Shown: positions 27,166 to 35,799, numbered from the stretch's first letter. The stretch is DNA of 64,000 nt from an uncultured Gammaproteobacteria bacterium (GCA_964517325.1 CAZFBV010000002.1:5728-69727); one strand, 5' to 3'. Made by a program: numbers and translations. The notes: generated by a model not told the origin, from the sequence alone.

Positions 27166-27591
27166 ATGAAAAAAATTGAAATTACCGATGGTCCTTCAAG
27201 AGAGGAAATGTTTGACGGGTTACGTCTATTTGCAGAAAAAAGACTTATTCCTTTTCGCTTTATGGTAAGTGAGATAAGCGACAAGCAAACAATGGTAGCT
27301 GTTCTTCTTAGCGCAATTGAAGCGGTAGATGACGGTGGGGCTGATCATCATGCAAGCGGCCATTCCTGGAATCTTATTTTTTCCGTTAACAAACGCTTTG
27401 TTTCCGACGAAATTTTTATAATCAAACCGGAAAAACAAGAATCTGGCATAATTGCTAAAAAAGTAAGTTTCGAGTTCTTTCGTGGACTCGCTGAAGAAAA
27501 TTATCTCGTTAGAGAGTTTAGAAAAGATTTAATAAGCGTTAAAGCTTATTATTCAACAAAAACTCGCAGGGGAAGTATCGAAATTGAATAA
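27166..27591 (+). CDS. Hypothetical protein (orphan)
   Basis: 141-aa ORF with its own promoter and terminator. I recognise no motif. Confidence 0.55.
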   Translation: MKKIEITDGPSREEMFDGLRLFAEKRLIPFRFMVSEISDKQTMVAVLLSAIEAVDDGGADHHASGHSWNLIFSVNKRFVSDEIFIIKPEKQESGIIAKKVSFEFFRGLAEENYLVREFRKDLISVKAYYSTKTRRGSIEIE

Positions 27592-27612
27592 ATAAAATGC
27601 TGAATGAAATAA

Positions 27613-27643
27613 GGCCGAACTTGTAATATAGTTCGGTTTTTTT
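27613..27643 (+). terminator. Intrinsic terminator after the orphan gene
   Basis: CCGAAC-ttgtaatata-GTTCGG-T7. Confidence 0.6.
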
Positions 27644-27654
27644 ATTATAGTAAA

Positions 27655-27715
27655 GTTCTAATCTTATCCTAAGCTCCGAGCACCTTAAAATAGCCCTATT
27701 TAAGGGTTATTTTTA
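27655..27715 (+). repeat. Cassette-junction module D
   Basis: TTCTAATCTTATCCTAAGCTCCGAGCACC followed by hairpin AAAATAGCCC-tattt-AAGGGTTATTTT. Confidence 0.75.
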
Positions 27716-27725
27716 GTAGGGAGAA

Positions 27726-27754
27726 TTGAAGTTTGGAACGGATAGTGCTAGTAT
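27726..27754 (+). promoter_or_regulatory. Putative promoter for the PNPOx-like gene
   Basis: TTGAAG-N17-TAGTAT located 18 nt upstream of ATG 27773. Confidence 0.4.
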
Positions 27755-27772
27755 CAAAATAATAATAAAAAT

Positions 27773-28144
27773 ATGCTTATTAACTCAGGATTAAAAAAAA
27801 TTATAGAAGCTAACGCTATGGGGCTCGCTACTGTCAGTAAAGTCGGAAAACCTCATAATATTGCTGTAGCATGTGTTAAGGTTATTGATGATCAAATAGT
27901 AATATCAAATGCGCATATCAAAGAATCAATTAAAAATTTAGTATATAACAATAATGTTTCTTTGGTCATTTGGAATCCTGAATGGGAAAAATCATGCGTA
28001 GGATTTGAGTTCGTAGGCACGGCGAAGAATTATACTTATGGAAAATGGTTGAAGTATGTACAAAGCTTACCGGATAATGAAGGATATAATATTATTAGCG
28101 CTATTGTTATTAAGGTAAAAAAAATAAAAAGGCTATTATCGTGA
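27773..28144 (+). CDS. Pyridoxamine 5'-phosphate oxidase-like FMN-binding split-barrel protein
   Basis: 123 aa. GLATVSKVGKPHNIAVACVKVIDDQIVISN is a typical PNPOx-like N-terminus. Confidence 0.55.
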   Translation: MLINSGLKKIIEANAMGLATVSKVGKPHNIAVACVKVIDDQIVISNAHIKESIKNLVYNNNVSLVIWNPEWEKSCVGFEFVGTAKNYTYGKWLKYVQSLPDNEGYNIISAIVIKVKKIKRLLS

Positions 28145-28164
28145 TCGGTTGGCACAGATTAAAG

Positions 28165-28232
28165 TTTCAACTACATCCCAAACTCCGAGCAAATAGACAA
28201 AATACCACTTTTCGTGGTATTTTTGTTATATG
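28165..28232 (+). repeat. Cassette-junction module E
   Basis: TTCAACTACATCCCAAACTCCGAGCAAATAGAC followed by hairpin AAAATACCAC-ttttc-GTGGTATTTT and TGtTATAT. The 41 nt after GAGC match module A at 38 of 41 positions. Confidence 0.85.
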
Positions 28233-28253
28233 GAAAACAGATAATAATTTAAT

Positions 28254-28817
28254 ATGTCTCTTAAAACAATTAAACAAATCAAGGAAAAGATTAAATATGA
28301 ATGCTATAATTTAGGCCATATTGATTCATGGCTTTATGATAAACACCTATTAGCTGTAGAAAAATACGCTAATTTCTTATTGGAAAAACTGCCTAAAGCC
28401 AATAAGGAAGTGGTGCTATTGGGCGTTTGGTTGCATGATACGCAAAGGATTAGGGGAATAAAAGGCGACCATCAAAAAATCGGAGCGATTGAAGCCAAAA
28501 AAATAATGTTGGAATACGGTTATTCTTCCGACATGATAAAAAAAGTTCAAAACATTATTCTCACTCATAGTTGTGATGGCTCTATGCCAACAACATTGGA
28601 AGGCAAAATTTTAGCAACGGCCGATGCCATGACCCATTATGTAAATGATTTTTATCTGCAAATAGCTACTACTGGTCAAAGAAGTCTGTCTGAATTCAAA
28701 GAATGGGCGTTAGAGAAATTAAACCGAGATTATAATAAAAAGATATTTTTTTCGTTCGCCAAGAAAGAAATCAAGGAAAGACATCTAGTTTTAATGAAAT
28801 TATTTACCATGAAATAA
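28254..28817 (+). CDS. HD-domain metal-dependent phosphohydrolase
   Basis: HD dyad in GVWLHDTQR, a downstream H (LTHSCDG) and a D (ATADAMTH). 187 aa. Confidence 0.7.
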   Translation: MSLKTIKQIKEKIKYECYNLGHIDSWLYDKHLLAVEKYANFLLEKLPKANKEVVLLGVWLHDTQRIRGIKGDHQKIGAIEAKKIMLEYGYSSDMIKKVQNIILTHSCDGSMPTTLEGKILATADAMTHYVNDFYLQIATTGQRSLSEFKEWALEKLNRDYNKKIFFSFAKKEIKERHLVLMKLFTMK

Positions 28818-28818
28818 A

Positions 28819-30330
28819 ATGAAAAAACGAACTAAATTAATTTTGGCTCTTACTTTTCTTTCATTTTTAGGTTTGCTTTTTTATCTGACCACGCGTTTAT
28901 ATATTTTTTTCTCGAATGATTATAATGTTTTTGGTTTCATCATTTCCTTTCTTCTGCTTGCGGCCGAAGGCCACTCTATTATCCACTCCCTCGGTTTCAT
29001 AATCGGCCTTATCAAGTTGAGAAAACCCGGCGTGAATTATCATCGTCACGTTGAATTGGACAGGAAAAATTTGCCGTCGGTGACTATCATGGTGCCGGCC
29101 AGGAACGAGCCCGTTGATATTTTGGAAAAAACTTTTATTTCTCTCCGATCCTTGGATTATGAGAATAAAAAAATCGTCTTTTTAGACGGTTCCGATGAGG
29201 AGTATATTGCGGCTAACCGTAAATTAGCTGAGCAATATGGCTTAGAATACTATCATCCGCAGGAAAAAACAAAAAGCAAAGCGGAGATAATCAATCGATA
29301 TCTGCCGAATATTTCCAGTGAATATTTATCTGTTTTTGATGCCGACCAGAATCCTTTGCCGGAATTTTTAATGGAAACGGTCGGACTGGCCGAGTATTCA
29401 AAAAAAATAGGTTTTGTCCAAACGCCGCAATTATATACCAATTTTAATGATAGCCCGATTGCCCGCGGCGCCACTTTTCAGCAGTCTATTTTTTATGAGA
29501 ATGTTTGTGAATCGAAGGGAAAATCCGGAGCCATGTTTTGCTGCGGAACAAATTTTTTAATGAGAACCGAGGTTTTAAAAAAGGTCGGAGGATTTGACGA
29601 ATATTCCGTTACCGAAGATTTTGCCACTTCCGTGAGAATTCATTCACTTGGTTATCGTTCAATATACTATAATCATGTCAGAGTTTTTGGCTTGGCGCCG
29701 GAAACATTGCCCGCCTATTTAAAGCAGCAATTTCGCTGGTCGGCCGGGTCGGTCGGAGTTTTACGGCGGTTATTTTTAGATTCTATCCATGGCCGCCTGA
29801 ATTTAACTATCGGGCAAAAATGGGAGTATTTTTTGTCGGCAACTTATTATTTTGTCGGTTGGTCTTTTTTAATCTTAATGATCTGCCCGATTCTTTTTTT
29901 GCTTTTTAGAGTGCCTTCTTATTTTGCCAACCCCTATTTATATTTAGGTACTTTTATTCCATACTACGTCTTAATGCTGCTCACTTTTTACGCTACGATG
30001 AAGAGAAGGCATTATAAAGCGAAAAATGTTTTTACGGGAATTATTATGGGATCAATCAGTTATCCGGTCCTAATCAAATCAACCACTGCCGCTATTTTTG
30101 GTAAAAAAATAACTTTTGAGATAACCGATAAGGGAAAAACCGGAAAAATGAGTTTTTGGAAATTGTGGCCCTGGACGGCAATGATTGCTTTAAATCTATT
30201 GGCGATTACCAATGGCCTTCTTCATATCGCCGAAAATTATTATGCTATTGGTATTAATATCTTTTGGTGCGCTTATCATTCGTTATTGCTTTCTAATATT
30301 TTTAAACTAAATAAAAGTCCCAAAATATAA
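28819..30330 (+). CDS. Processive family-2 beta-glycosyltransferase, cellulose/chitin-synthase-like, without a PilZ domain
   Basis: Motifs VPARNE, DGSD, FDADQNP, TEDFATS and QQFRWSAG (QxxRW). TM segments flank the catalytic domain. 503 aa. Confidence 0.8.
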   Translation: MKKRTKLILALTFLSFLGLLFYLTTRLYIFFSNDYNVFGFIISFLLLAAEGHSIIHSLGFIIGLIKLRKPGVNYHRHVELDRKNLPSVTIMVPARNEPVDILEKTFISLRSLDYENKKIVFLDGSDEEYIAANRKLAEQYGLEYYHPQEKTKSKAEIINRYLPNISSEYLSVFDADQNPLPEFLMETVGLAEYSKKIGFVQTPQLYTNFNDSPIARGATFQQSIFYENVCESKGKSGAMFCCGTNFLMRTEVLKKVGGFDEYSVTEDFATSVRIHSLGYRSIYYNHVRVFGLAPETLPAYLKQQFRWSAGSVGVLRRLFLDSIHGRLNLTIGQKWEYFLSATYYFVGWSFLILMICPILFLLFRVPSYFANPYLYLGTFIPYYVLMLLTFYATMKRRHYKAKNVFTGIIMGSISYPVLIKSTTAAIFGKKITFEITDKGKTGKMSFWKLWPWTAMIALNLLAITNGLLHIAENYYAIGINIFWCAYHSLLLSNIFKLNKSPKI

Positions 30331-30340
30331 AAATAATATT

Positions 30341-30589
30341 ATGAAAAAGAAACTCGAGCCGCTTAGTCCCGCCGTCGCCCTGCGATATATAGAAGAAGCC
30401 AGGATTACGGAAGAATTGGCCATTCCCGTATATTCAAGCCATATCAAGCAGACTTTATTTTGGTCCGGTATCCCCAAAAATAAACAAGATAAGATCATTT
30501 CCGGTTTAAAAATTTTAGAGAGCGATTCGGCGAAACATGCCAAGATATTGAAAATATTAAGCGATAATTATAAAAAAAATATTAAATAA
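30341..30589 (+). CDS. Hypothetical small helical protein
   Basis: 82-aa ORF starting 10 nt after the synthase stop. I recognise no motif. Confidence 0.45.
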   Translation: MKKKLEPLSPAVALRYIEEARITEELAIPVYSSHIKQTLFWSGIPKNKQDKIISGLKILESDSAKHAKILKILSDNYKKNIK

Positions 30590-30590
30590 T

Positions 30591-30779
30591 ATGTTTAATA
30601 CCAGAGACTATCGTGTATATTTTACGCAATTATATCAGATTGAATTGAATATGAAACGTAAAGCGGAAAAGCTTTTAGAATTAATTGATGATCCTATAGC
30701 AAAAAATAAGCTTCAAAGTATAATTGATGATGAAATTAAACATATAAAAATCGTTCAAGCTATGAAGGATTTAATTTAA
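30591..30779 (+). CDS. Hypothetical small helical protein
   Basis: 62-aa ORF starting 1 nt after the previous stop. It contains DDEIKH (ExxH-like). Confidence 0.45.
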   Translation: MFNTRDYRVYFTQLYQIELNMKRKAEKLLELIDDPIAKNKLQSIIDDEIKHIKIVQAMKDLI

Positions 30780-30789
30780 AATAACCCAT

Positions 30790-31680
30790 ATGACGAAAGT
30801 AAAAGCCGCTATTATACCGGTTGGCGGCTGGGGGACACGTTTTTTACCGATTACCAAAAGTATTCCCAAGGAGATGCTTCCGCTAGGCAATAAGCCGATA
30901 ATACTGCACGTAGTTGAAGAAGTGGTCGCTTCTGGAATTACTAATATTATTTTTGTCGTTGCGCAGCACAAGCAAGTTGTCGAAAGTTTTTTTTCCAGCA
31001 ATGAAATGCTGGAAGATTACTTTATTAAGCTGGGCGCCAAGGATCAGGTTGAAAATTTAAAAAAGATTTCAAAAATGGCCGATTTTGATTTTGTCTATAC
31101 AAAAAATGCCCATGGCAATAGCAGCGCCCTCGGAGCGATAAAACATCTTGTAAATAATGAGCCCTTTATTTTAGTTTGGTCAGATGAAATTATATTTTCA
31201 AAAACAAAGCCAAGAATCAAACAATGCCTGGAAACTTTTGAGAAATATAATAAGCCGGTAATTTCGGCGGTGAAGATTGAAGACCCGATTAAGCGTCAAC
31301 GATATGGAATGGTGGAGTTAAAAAATTTGCCCGGTGAAACTGATATTAAAGAAATAACTAAAATAGTGGAAAAACCGGCTTTAGGAACAGAGCCGTCAGA
31401 GTACGCCGCTCATGGCGCTTATATCTTGACGCCGGAAATTTTTGAGGCTTTTGAGGCTATTTCTGACGGCGACGGTAGGGAAGTCGGATTAGTTGAAGTG
31501 ATAAATGTCATGAAGGAAAAGACGGGTTTGCTGGCTAAAATAATTCCCGATGGCCATTATCTGGATTGTGGCAACCCATTAGAATATTTGTATTCGCAGA
31601 TAGACTATTATGCAAATTATTCCGAATATTCCGAAGAAGTGATAAAGCATCTCAGTAATGGGGTTTGCAAGCGATATTAA
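30790..31680 (+). CDS. galU: UTP-glucose-1-phosphate uridylyltransferase
   Basis: AIIPVGGWGTRFLPITKSIPKEMLPL signature. 296 aa. Confidence 0.85.
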   Translation: MTKVKAAIIPVGGWGTRFLPITKSIPKEMLPLGNKPIILHVVEEVVASGITNIIFVVAQHKQVVESFFSSNEMLEDYFIKLGAKDQVENLKKISKMADFDFVYTKNAHGNSSALGAIKHLVNNEPFILVWSDEIIFSKTKPRIKQCLETFEKYNKPVISAVKIEDPIKRQRYGMVELKNLPGETDIKEITKIVEKPALGTEPSEYAAHGAYILTPEIFEAFEAISDGDGREVGLVEVINVMKEKTGLLAKIIPDGHYLDCGNPLEYLYSQIDYYANYSEYSEEVIKHLSNGVCKRY

Positions 31681-31684
31681 ATTC

Positions 31685-32251
31685 ATGGGAATTATGAAAA
31701 ATGCTATTATAATCCATGGTACTTACGGAAATCCTGATGAAAATTGGTTCCCTTGGTTAAAAGAAGAATTAGAAAAGATGGGATACAGGGTCGATGTGCC
31801 GTCATTTCCGACACCGGATAATCAAAGTTTAGGATCTTGGATGAATACTTTTGGAAATCCCAAGGATAAACTCAACACCGATTCTATATTGATTGGGCAT
31901 AGCTTGGGGGCGGTTTTTATCTTAACTATACTCGAGTCGCTGGACAGCCCGGTAAAGGCGGTGTTTTTAGTTTCCGGTTTTCTGGGATTATTGGGCAATA
32001 AAGAGTTTGATGATCTGAATATTTCTTTCGCGACTAAAAAATTTAACTGGGAAAAAATCAAATCTAATTTTAAGAAAATTTATATTTATCATTCGGATAA
32101 CGATCCATATATACCGCTGGAAAACGCTAAAGCAATATCCAAAAATCTCGGCGGCAAACTAATAGTTATCAAAGATGCCGGACATTTTAATTCAAAATCC
32201 GGGTATGATAGATTTGATAGGCTCTTAGCAGATATAAAAAATTATGAATAG
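31685..32251 (+). CDS. Alpha/beta serine hydrolase (YdeN/RBBP9-like)
   Basis: IIIHGTYGNP and the nucleophile elbow GHSLG, plus DNDPYIP and GHFN. An internal ATG (31685) is chosen because the ORF-track start overlaps galU. Confidence 0.7.
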   Translation: MGIMKNAIIIHGTYGNPDENWFPWLKEELEKMGYRVDVPSFPTPDNQSLGSWMNTFGNPKDKLNTDSILIGHSLGAVFILTILESLDSPVKAVFLVSGFLGLLGNKEFDDLNISFATKKFNWEKIKSNFKKIYIYHSDNDPYIPLENAKAISKNLGGKLIVIKDAGHFNSKSGYDRFDRLLADIKNYE

Positions 32252-32702
32252 AAAATTATTTTTATCAGTGCTTAATATTCTAATGCTCTGTATCGTCATT
32301 ACCGCGGTCAGTATCGCATTTATAGAAAATAATAGATGGATGGGGGTTATTTTACTAATCCTTGCTCTATTATGTATCGTTTCATTGATACCGTTTAAAG
32401 TCGATTTGAAGTCAATTCTGCCGGACATATTTTTTGGTTTAATCGATAACGGTATATTGGCCGTCTTGGCAATATTCGGCGGACATTTTGCCGGAGTAAC
32501 TGGGGCTATTTTGGGCGGCGTGGTCGGCAACGCCATCACTGACGGAATTGCCGGAATATTTGAAGGGCAAATGGCTGAAAAATTAAGATCAAAAAGCGTT
32601 GCAGAGGAGAGGACTATGTTAAAATCAGCCGTTGGCAAGATGGCCGGTTGCTTATTGGGTGCCGGCGTTGTTTTAGCTATTGATAGCATCATTAGATTTT
32701 GA
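32244..32702 (+). CDS. Hypothetical polytopic membrane protein (Gly-rich TM segments)
   Basis: 152 aa with about 4 hydrophobic segments. Overlaps the upstream gene by 8 nt. Confidence 0.55.
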   Translation: MNRKLFLSVLNILMLCIVITAVSIAFIENNRWMGVILLILALLCIVSLIPFKVDLKSILPDIFFGLIDNGILAVLAIFGGHFAGVTGAILGGVVGNAITDGIAGIFEGQMAEKLRSKSVAEERTMLKSAVGKMAGCLLGAGVVLAIDSIIRF

Positions 32703-32751
32703 AAGGAATATGCTATAATTATTAAATAAAATAATTAAAAGATAAAATATT

Positions 32752-33522
32752 ATGGCTAAAGAAATAGAAAATTGGTGGGATGAAACGTCGAAATTTTATC
32801 AGAAGTCATCAACAATACCATTGCGTTCGGCTCATTATGGACCGTATTCTCCCGATGAATCCGCATTTAATTTATTGGGCAGAGTAAAAGGAAAAAAAAT
32901 TTTAGAGATTGGATGCGGCGGCGGACAATGTTCCGTGGCATTTGCGAAACAGGGAGCCATATGTACCGCCTTGGATTTATCGCAAGAGCAGCTAAGATAT
33001 GCCCGGAAACTTGCGGCAGACAACAAGGTCGCTATAGATTTTCTTAAAGGCAGTTTTCAGAATTTAGGCAAGATTAAATCTAATAGCATTGATATCGTTT
33101 TTTCCGCGTATGCTTTGCAGTACTCGCCGGATTTGAATAAGGTCTTTAAACAGGTTTACAGGATATTAAAAAAAGATGGAATTTTCGTTTTTTCTTTCGA
33201 TCATCCCTTTTGGAGTATTATTAATCCGGCCACCCATAAGATAGCGGACAGCTATTTCAACACAGGCAAGCATACTCTCGTAAAGACATGGGCTGACAAG
33301 AGTCGGCATAAATTCGTGTATTATCGGGTAAAACTAAGCGATATTTTTGACGCTTTAAGAAAATCCAGATTTTTAGTCGATAGAATTATCGAGCCTATCA
33401 CATTCAAGAATCAAACCGCCTGGGTAAACGGGCCATGGAAACAAATTTATCCAAAAAAGCAGCTGAAATTACTCGGGCCAACTATCATTTTTAAGGCTAT
33501 AAAGGGCGGAGAGTTTAAATGA
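32752..33522 (+). CDS. Class I SAM-dependent methyltransferase
   Basis: Motif I ILEIGCGGGQCS and post-I ALDLS. 256 aa. Confidence 0.8.
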   Translation: MAKEIENWWDETSKFYQKSSTIPLRSAHYGPYSPDESAFNLLGRVKGKKILEIGCGGGQCSVAFAKQGAICTALDLSQEQLRYARKLAADNKVAIDFLKGSFQNLGKIKSNSIDIVFSAYALQYSPDLNKVFKQVYRILKKDGIFVFSFDHPFWSIINPATHKIADSYFNTGKHTLVKTWADKSRHKFVYYRVKLSDIFDALRKSRFLVDRIIEPITFKNQTAWVNGPWKQIYPKKQLKLLGPTIIFKAIKGGEFK

Positions 33523-33621
33523 GAGGAAATTGACAGAAAATATATCAGATGATATATTTTTTTGTTAAGTCCGTTCATTAACATAAATAATCCAAGTATA
33601 TTCACCTCTAAAACCTAGATC

Positions 33622-34359
33622 ATGAAAAGACTATTCTTAATCAGCAGCTCTAAGTATCAGGGTCGCGGTTTTTGGGACCATTGTTCTGATTCTTTAGAAA
33701 TTTTTTTAGGTAAGCCTGACGGAAATCGGAATAAGGTTCTATTTATCCCCTTTGCTAAAGCTGACGGAGATTATGACGGTTATACAAAAATAATTTCCGA
33801 GATTTTAAGCAAATTCGGGTATGAAGTTATTGGACTTCATACCTATAGCGTTAAAGTTTATGCTTTGATGGATGAAAAAATCTGTGCCGTCTGCGTTGGC
33901 GGCGGGAATACCTGGCTGCTTGCCAATCATCCAGATGTAATAAATTTGAGTCATGCCATTAAGAAGAAAGTTGATAACGGCTCATGGAAATACATCAGCG
34001 CTAGCGCGGGTACGGTCATGGCTGGTGATTCTATGATTACTACCAATGACATGTGTCCTCTTAATGTCATAAAAAGTACGGCGGGATTCGGATTGGTTCC
34101 ATTCCAGATCAACCCGCATTTCGTTCCCGGAGCATTAGTCGGCAAGCATATGGGGGAAACTAGGGAAGAGCGGATTAAGCAGGTGATTATCCATAACCCC
34201 GATTGGCGCGTTGTCGGATTGCCCGAAGGATGCTGGATTGAAGGCGTCGGTGAAAATTACATTCTTCATGGAACTGGCGAAGCAGTTATTTTCCGCAAGG
34301 ACGATAATAACTCAATCTGGCTTCCCGGCGAACCTTTTGACGGCCAGGGAATGTTATAA
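33622..34359 (+). CDS. Peptidase S51 family (dipeptidase E-like)
   Basis: VGGGNTW, ISASAGTVMAG (nucleophile Ser context) and INPHF. 245 aa. Confidence 0.7.
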   Translation: MKRLFLISSSKYQGRGFWDHCSDSLEIFLGKPDGNRNKVLFIPFAKADGDYDGYTKIISEILSKFGYEVIGLHTYSVKVYALMDEKICAVCVGGGNTWLLANHPDVINLSHAIKKKVDNGSWKYISASAGTVMAGDSMITTNDMCPLNVIKSTAGFGLVPFQINPHFVPGALVGKHMGETREERIKQVIIHNPDWRVVGLPEGCWIEGVGENYILHGTGEAVIFRKDDNNSIWLPGEPFDGQGML

Positions 34360-34378
34360 AGTTATTTTTGTATCGTTT

Positions 34379-34416
34379 AAAGGAGCCTATCAATTATTTG
34401 ATAGTCTCCTTTTTTA
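34379..34416 (+). terminator. Intrinsic terminator
   Basis: AGGAGCCTATCAA-ttat-TTGATAGTCTCCT-T6, with one mismatch. Confidence 0.6.
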
Positions 34417-34538
34417 TTTATTGAAAATGATTGACGTTAAAAAGAATTGACTTATTTCATTAAAAATATTATAGTTATCTGTCAACTATTTTGACTACTT
34501 TAACAATTAAATAATAACTAAACTAAGGAGGAGTATAC

Positions 34539-35168
34539 ATGGAAAAATTTGTAGTTTTAGGCCATCCTTTAATTCAGGATAAAATGGCCATTCTTAGGAA
34601 TAAGGAAACCGGCCGAGAAGAGTTTAGAAGATTGGTGGAGGAAATAACCATGTTCATGGGTTATGAGGTGACTAAGGATTTGTCTTTAGTCGCTGCGGAG
34701 GTAATAACTCCGATGGGAACAGCCTCGGTTAGAATCGTTTCCGAGAAGAAGCCTTTTATCGTCGCGATTCTTAGAGCTGGCGACGGCATGGTGCCGGGCA
34801 TGCTCAAGATCATGCCTACCTTAAAAGTCGGACATTTAGGGATCTTTCGCGACGAAGCGAGCTTGCAGCCGGTAGTGTATTATAATAAATTGCCGGACGA
34901 TTGCTCGCAGCGGGACGCTATTCTACTCGACCCCATGTTAGCTACCGGAGGTTCGGCCTCTTGTGCTATAAGATTGTTAAAAGACAAGGGAGTGAAGAAT
35001 ATTAAATTCATGTGTCTGGTGGCTTGCGTAGACGGGATCAGCCGGATCAATACCGATCATCCTGATGTGCAGATCTTCTGTGCGGCTCTTGATGAAAGAT
35101 TATTGAAGAACGGCTATATCTTTCCCGGGTTAGGCGATGCCGGTGACAGATTATACGGAACCAAATAA
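34539..35168 (+). CDS. upp: Uracil phosphoribosyltransferase
   Basis: PRPP motif LLDPMLATGGS and C-terminal YIFPGLGDAGDRLYGT. A strong SD (AAGGAGG) sits 7 nt upstream. Confidence 0.9.
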   Translation: MEKFVVLGHPLIQDKMAILRNKETGREEFRRLVEEITMFMGYEVTKDLSLVAAEVITPMGTASVRIVSEKKPFIVAILRAGDGMVPGMLKIMPTLKVGHLGIFRDEASLQPVVYYNKLPDDCSQRDAILLDPMLATGGSASCAIRLLKDKGVKNIKFMCLVACVDGISRINTDHPDVQIFCAALDERLLKNGYIFPGLGDAGDRLYGTK

Positions 35169-35178
35169 AATTTGCAAG

Positions 35179-35745
35179 ATGAGCAGAAAAAAACAGATAA
35201 AGCTTAATGGAGCTTTATTCGAACGGCTTTTTAGCCGGAGAGAGATAATGAAAAAGGTCAATGAGTTTGCGCAGAGAATCATGTTTGATTATCCGCATCC
35301 TGATAATCCGCCTATACTGCTGATAGTTCTAAATGGCGGCCTTTATTTCGGCGTCGATTTATCACGAGCCCTAGAAAAGATCGGCCGCAGCCATATGATT
35401 GATACTATCAGCCTTAAGAGCTATGATAATGACGAGAATGGCGGCGCTGTCGAGATAGTCAATTATCCGCGCCTAAACCTTGCGGGCAGAGACGTAATCG
35501 TTGTCGAAGACATTATTGATCGTGGTGATACTTTGAATTTCTTAAATAAGCATCTGCTGGGCTTGAAGGAACCTCCGCGCTCAATTCAATATTGCGCGCT
35601 GCTGATAAAAACGAATCATGCCCCGTTAGAATTTATTTTAGGATATGCTTGGTATATCGGACCGGAATGGATCGTAGGCAACGGCATGGATTCCAATCAG
35701 GAGGCTCGCGGTTTAACTGATATCTATATAAAAAAGGTATCTTGA
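35179..35745 (+). CDS. hpt: Hypoxanthine(-guanine) phosphoribosyltransferase
   Basis: PRPP motif VIVVEDIIDRGDTL. ATG 35179 is preferred over the ORF-track start, which overlaps upp. Confidence 0.85.
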   Translation: MSRKKQIKLNGALFERLFSRREIMKKVNEFAQRIMFDYPHPDNPPILLIVLNGGLYFGVDLSRALEKIGRSHMIDTISLKSYDNDENGGAVEIVNYPRLNLAGRDVIVVEDIIDRGDTLNFLNKHLLGLKEPPRSIQYCALLIKTNHAPLEFILGYAWYIGPEWIVGNGMDSNQEARGLTDIYIKKVS

Positions 35746-35767
35746 ATCGCTTAATCCTATTAAGAAA

Positions 35768-35799
35768 ATAAACGAGCAGATGAAAATCGCTCGTTTTTT
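35768..35799 (+). terminator. Intrinsic terminator after hpt
   Basis: AACGAGC-agatgaaaatc-GCTCGTT-T6. Confidence 0.6.

Noticed and set aside
26014-28232. The cassette modules as classical integron attC sites.
   Set aside because: The box after the hairpin is GTTATAT, which does not fit the GTTRRRY core. No IntI-type integrase or attI is visible. The modules are clearly derived from a tRNA 3' end, so only the analogy is kept in the finding.
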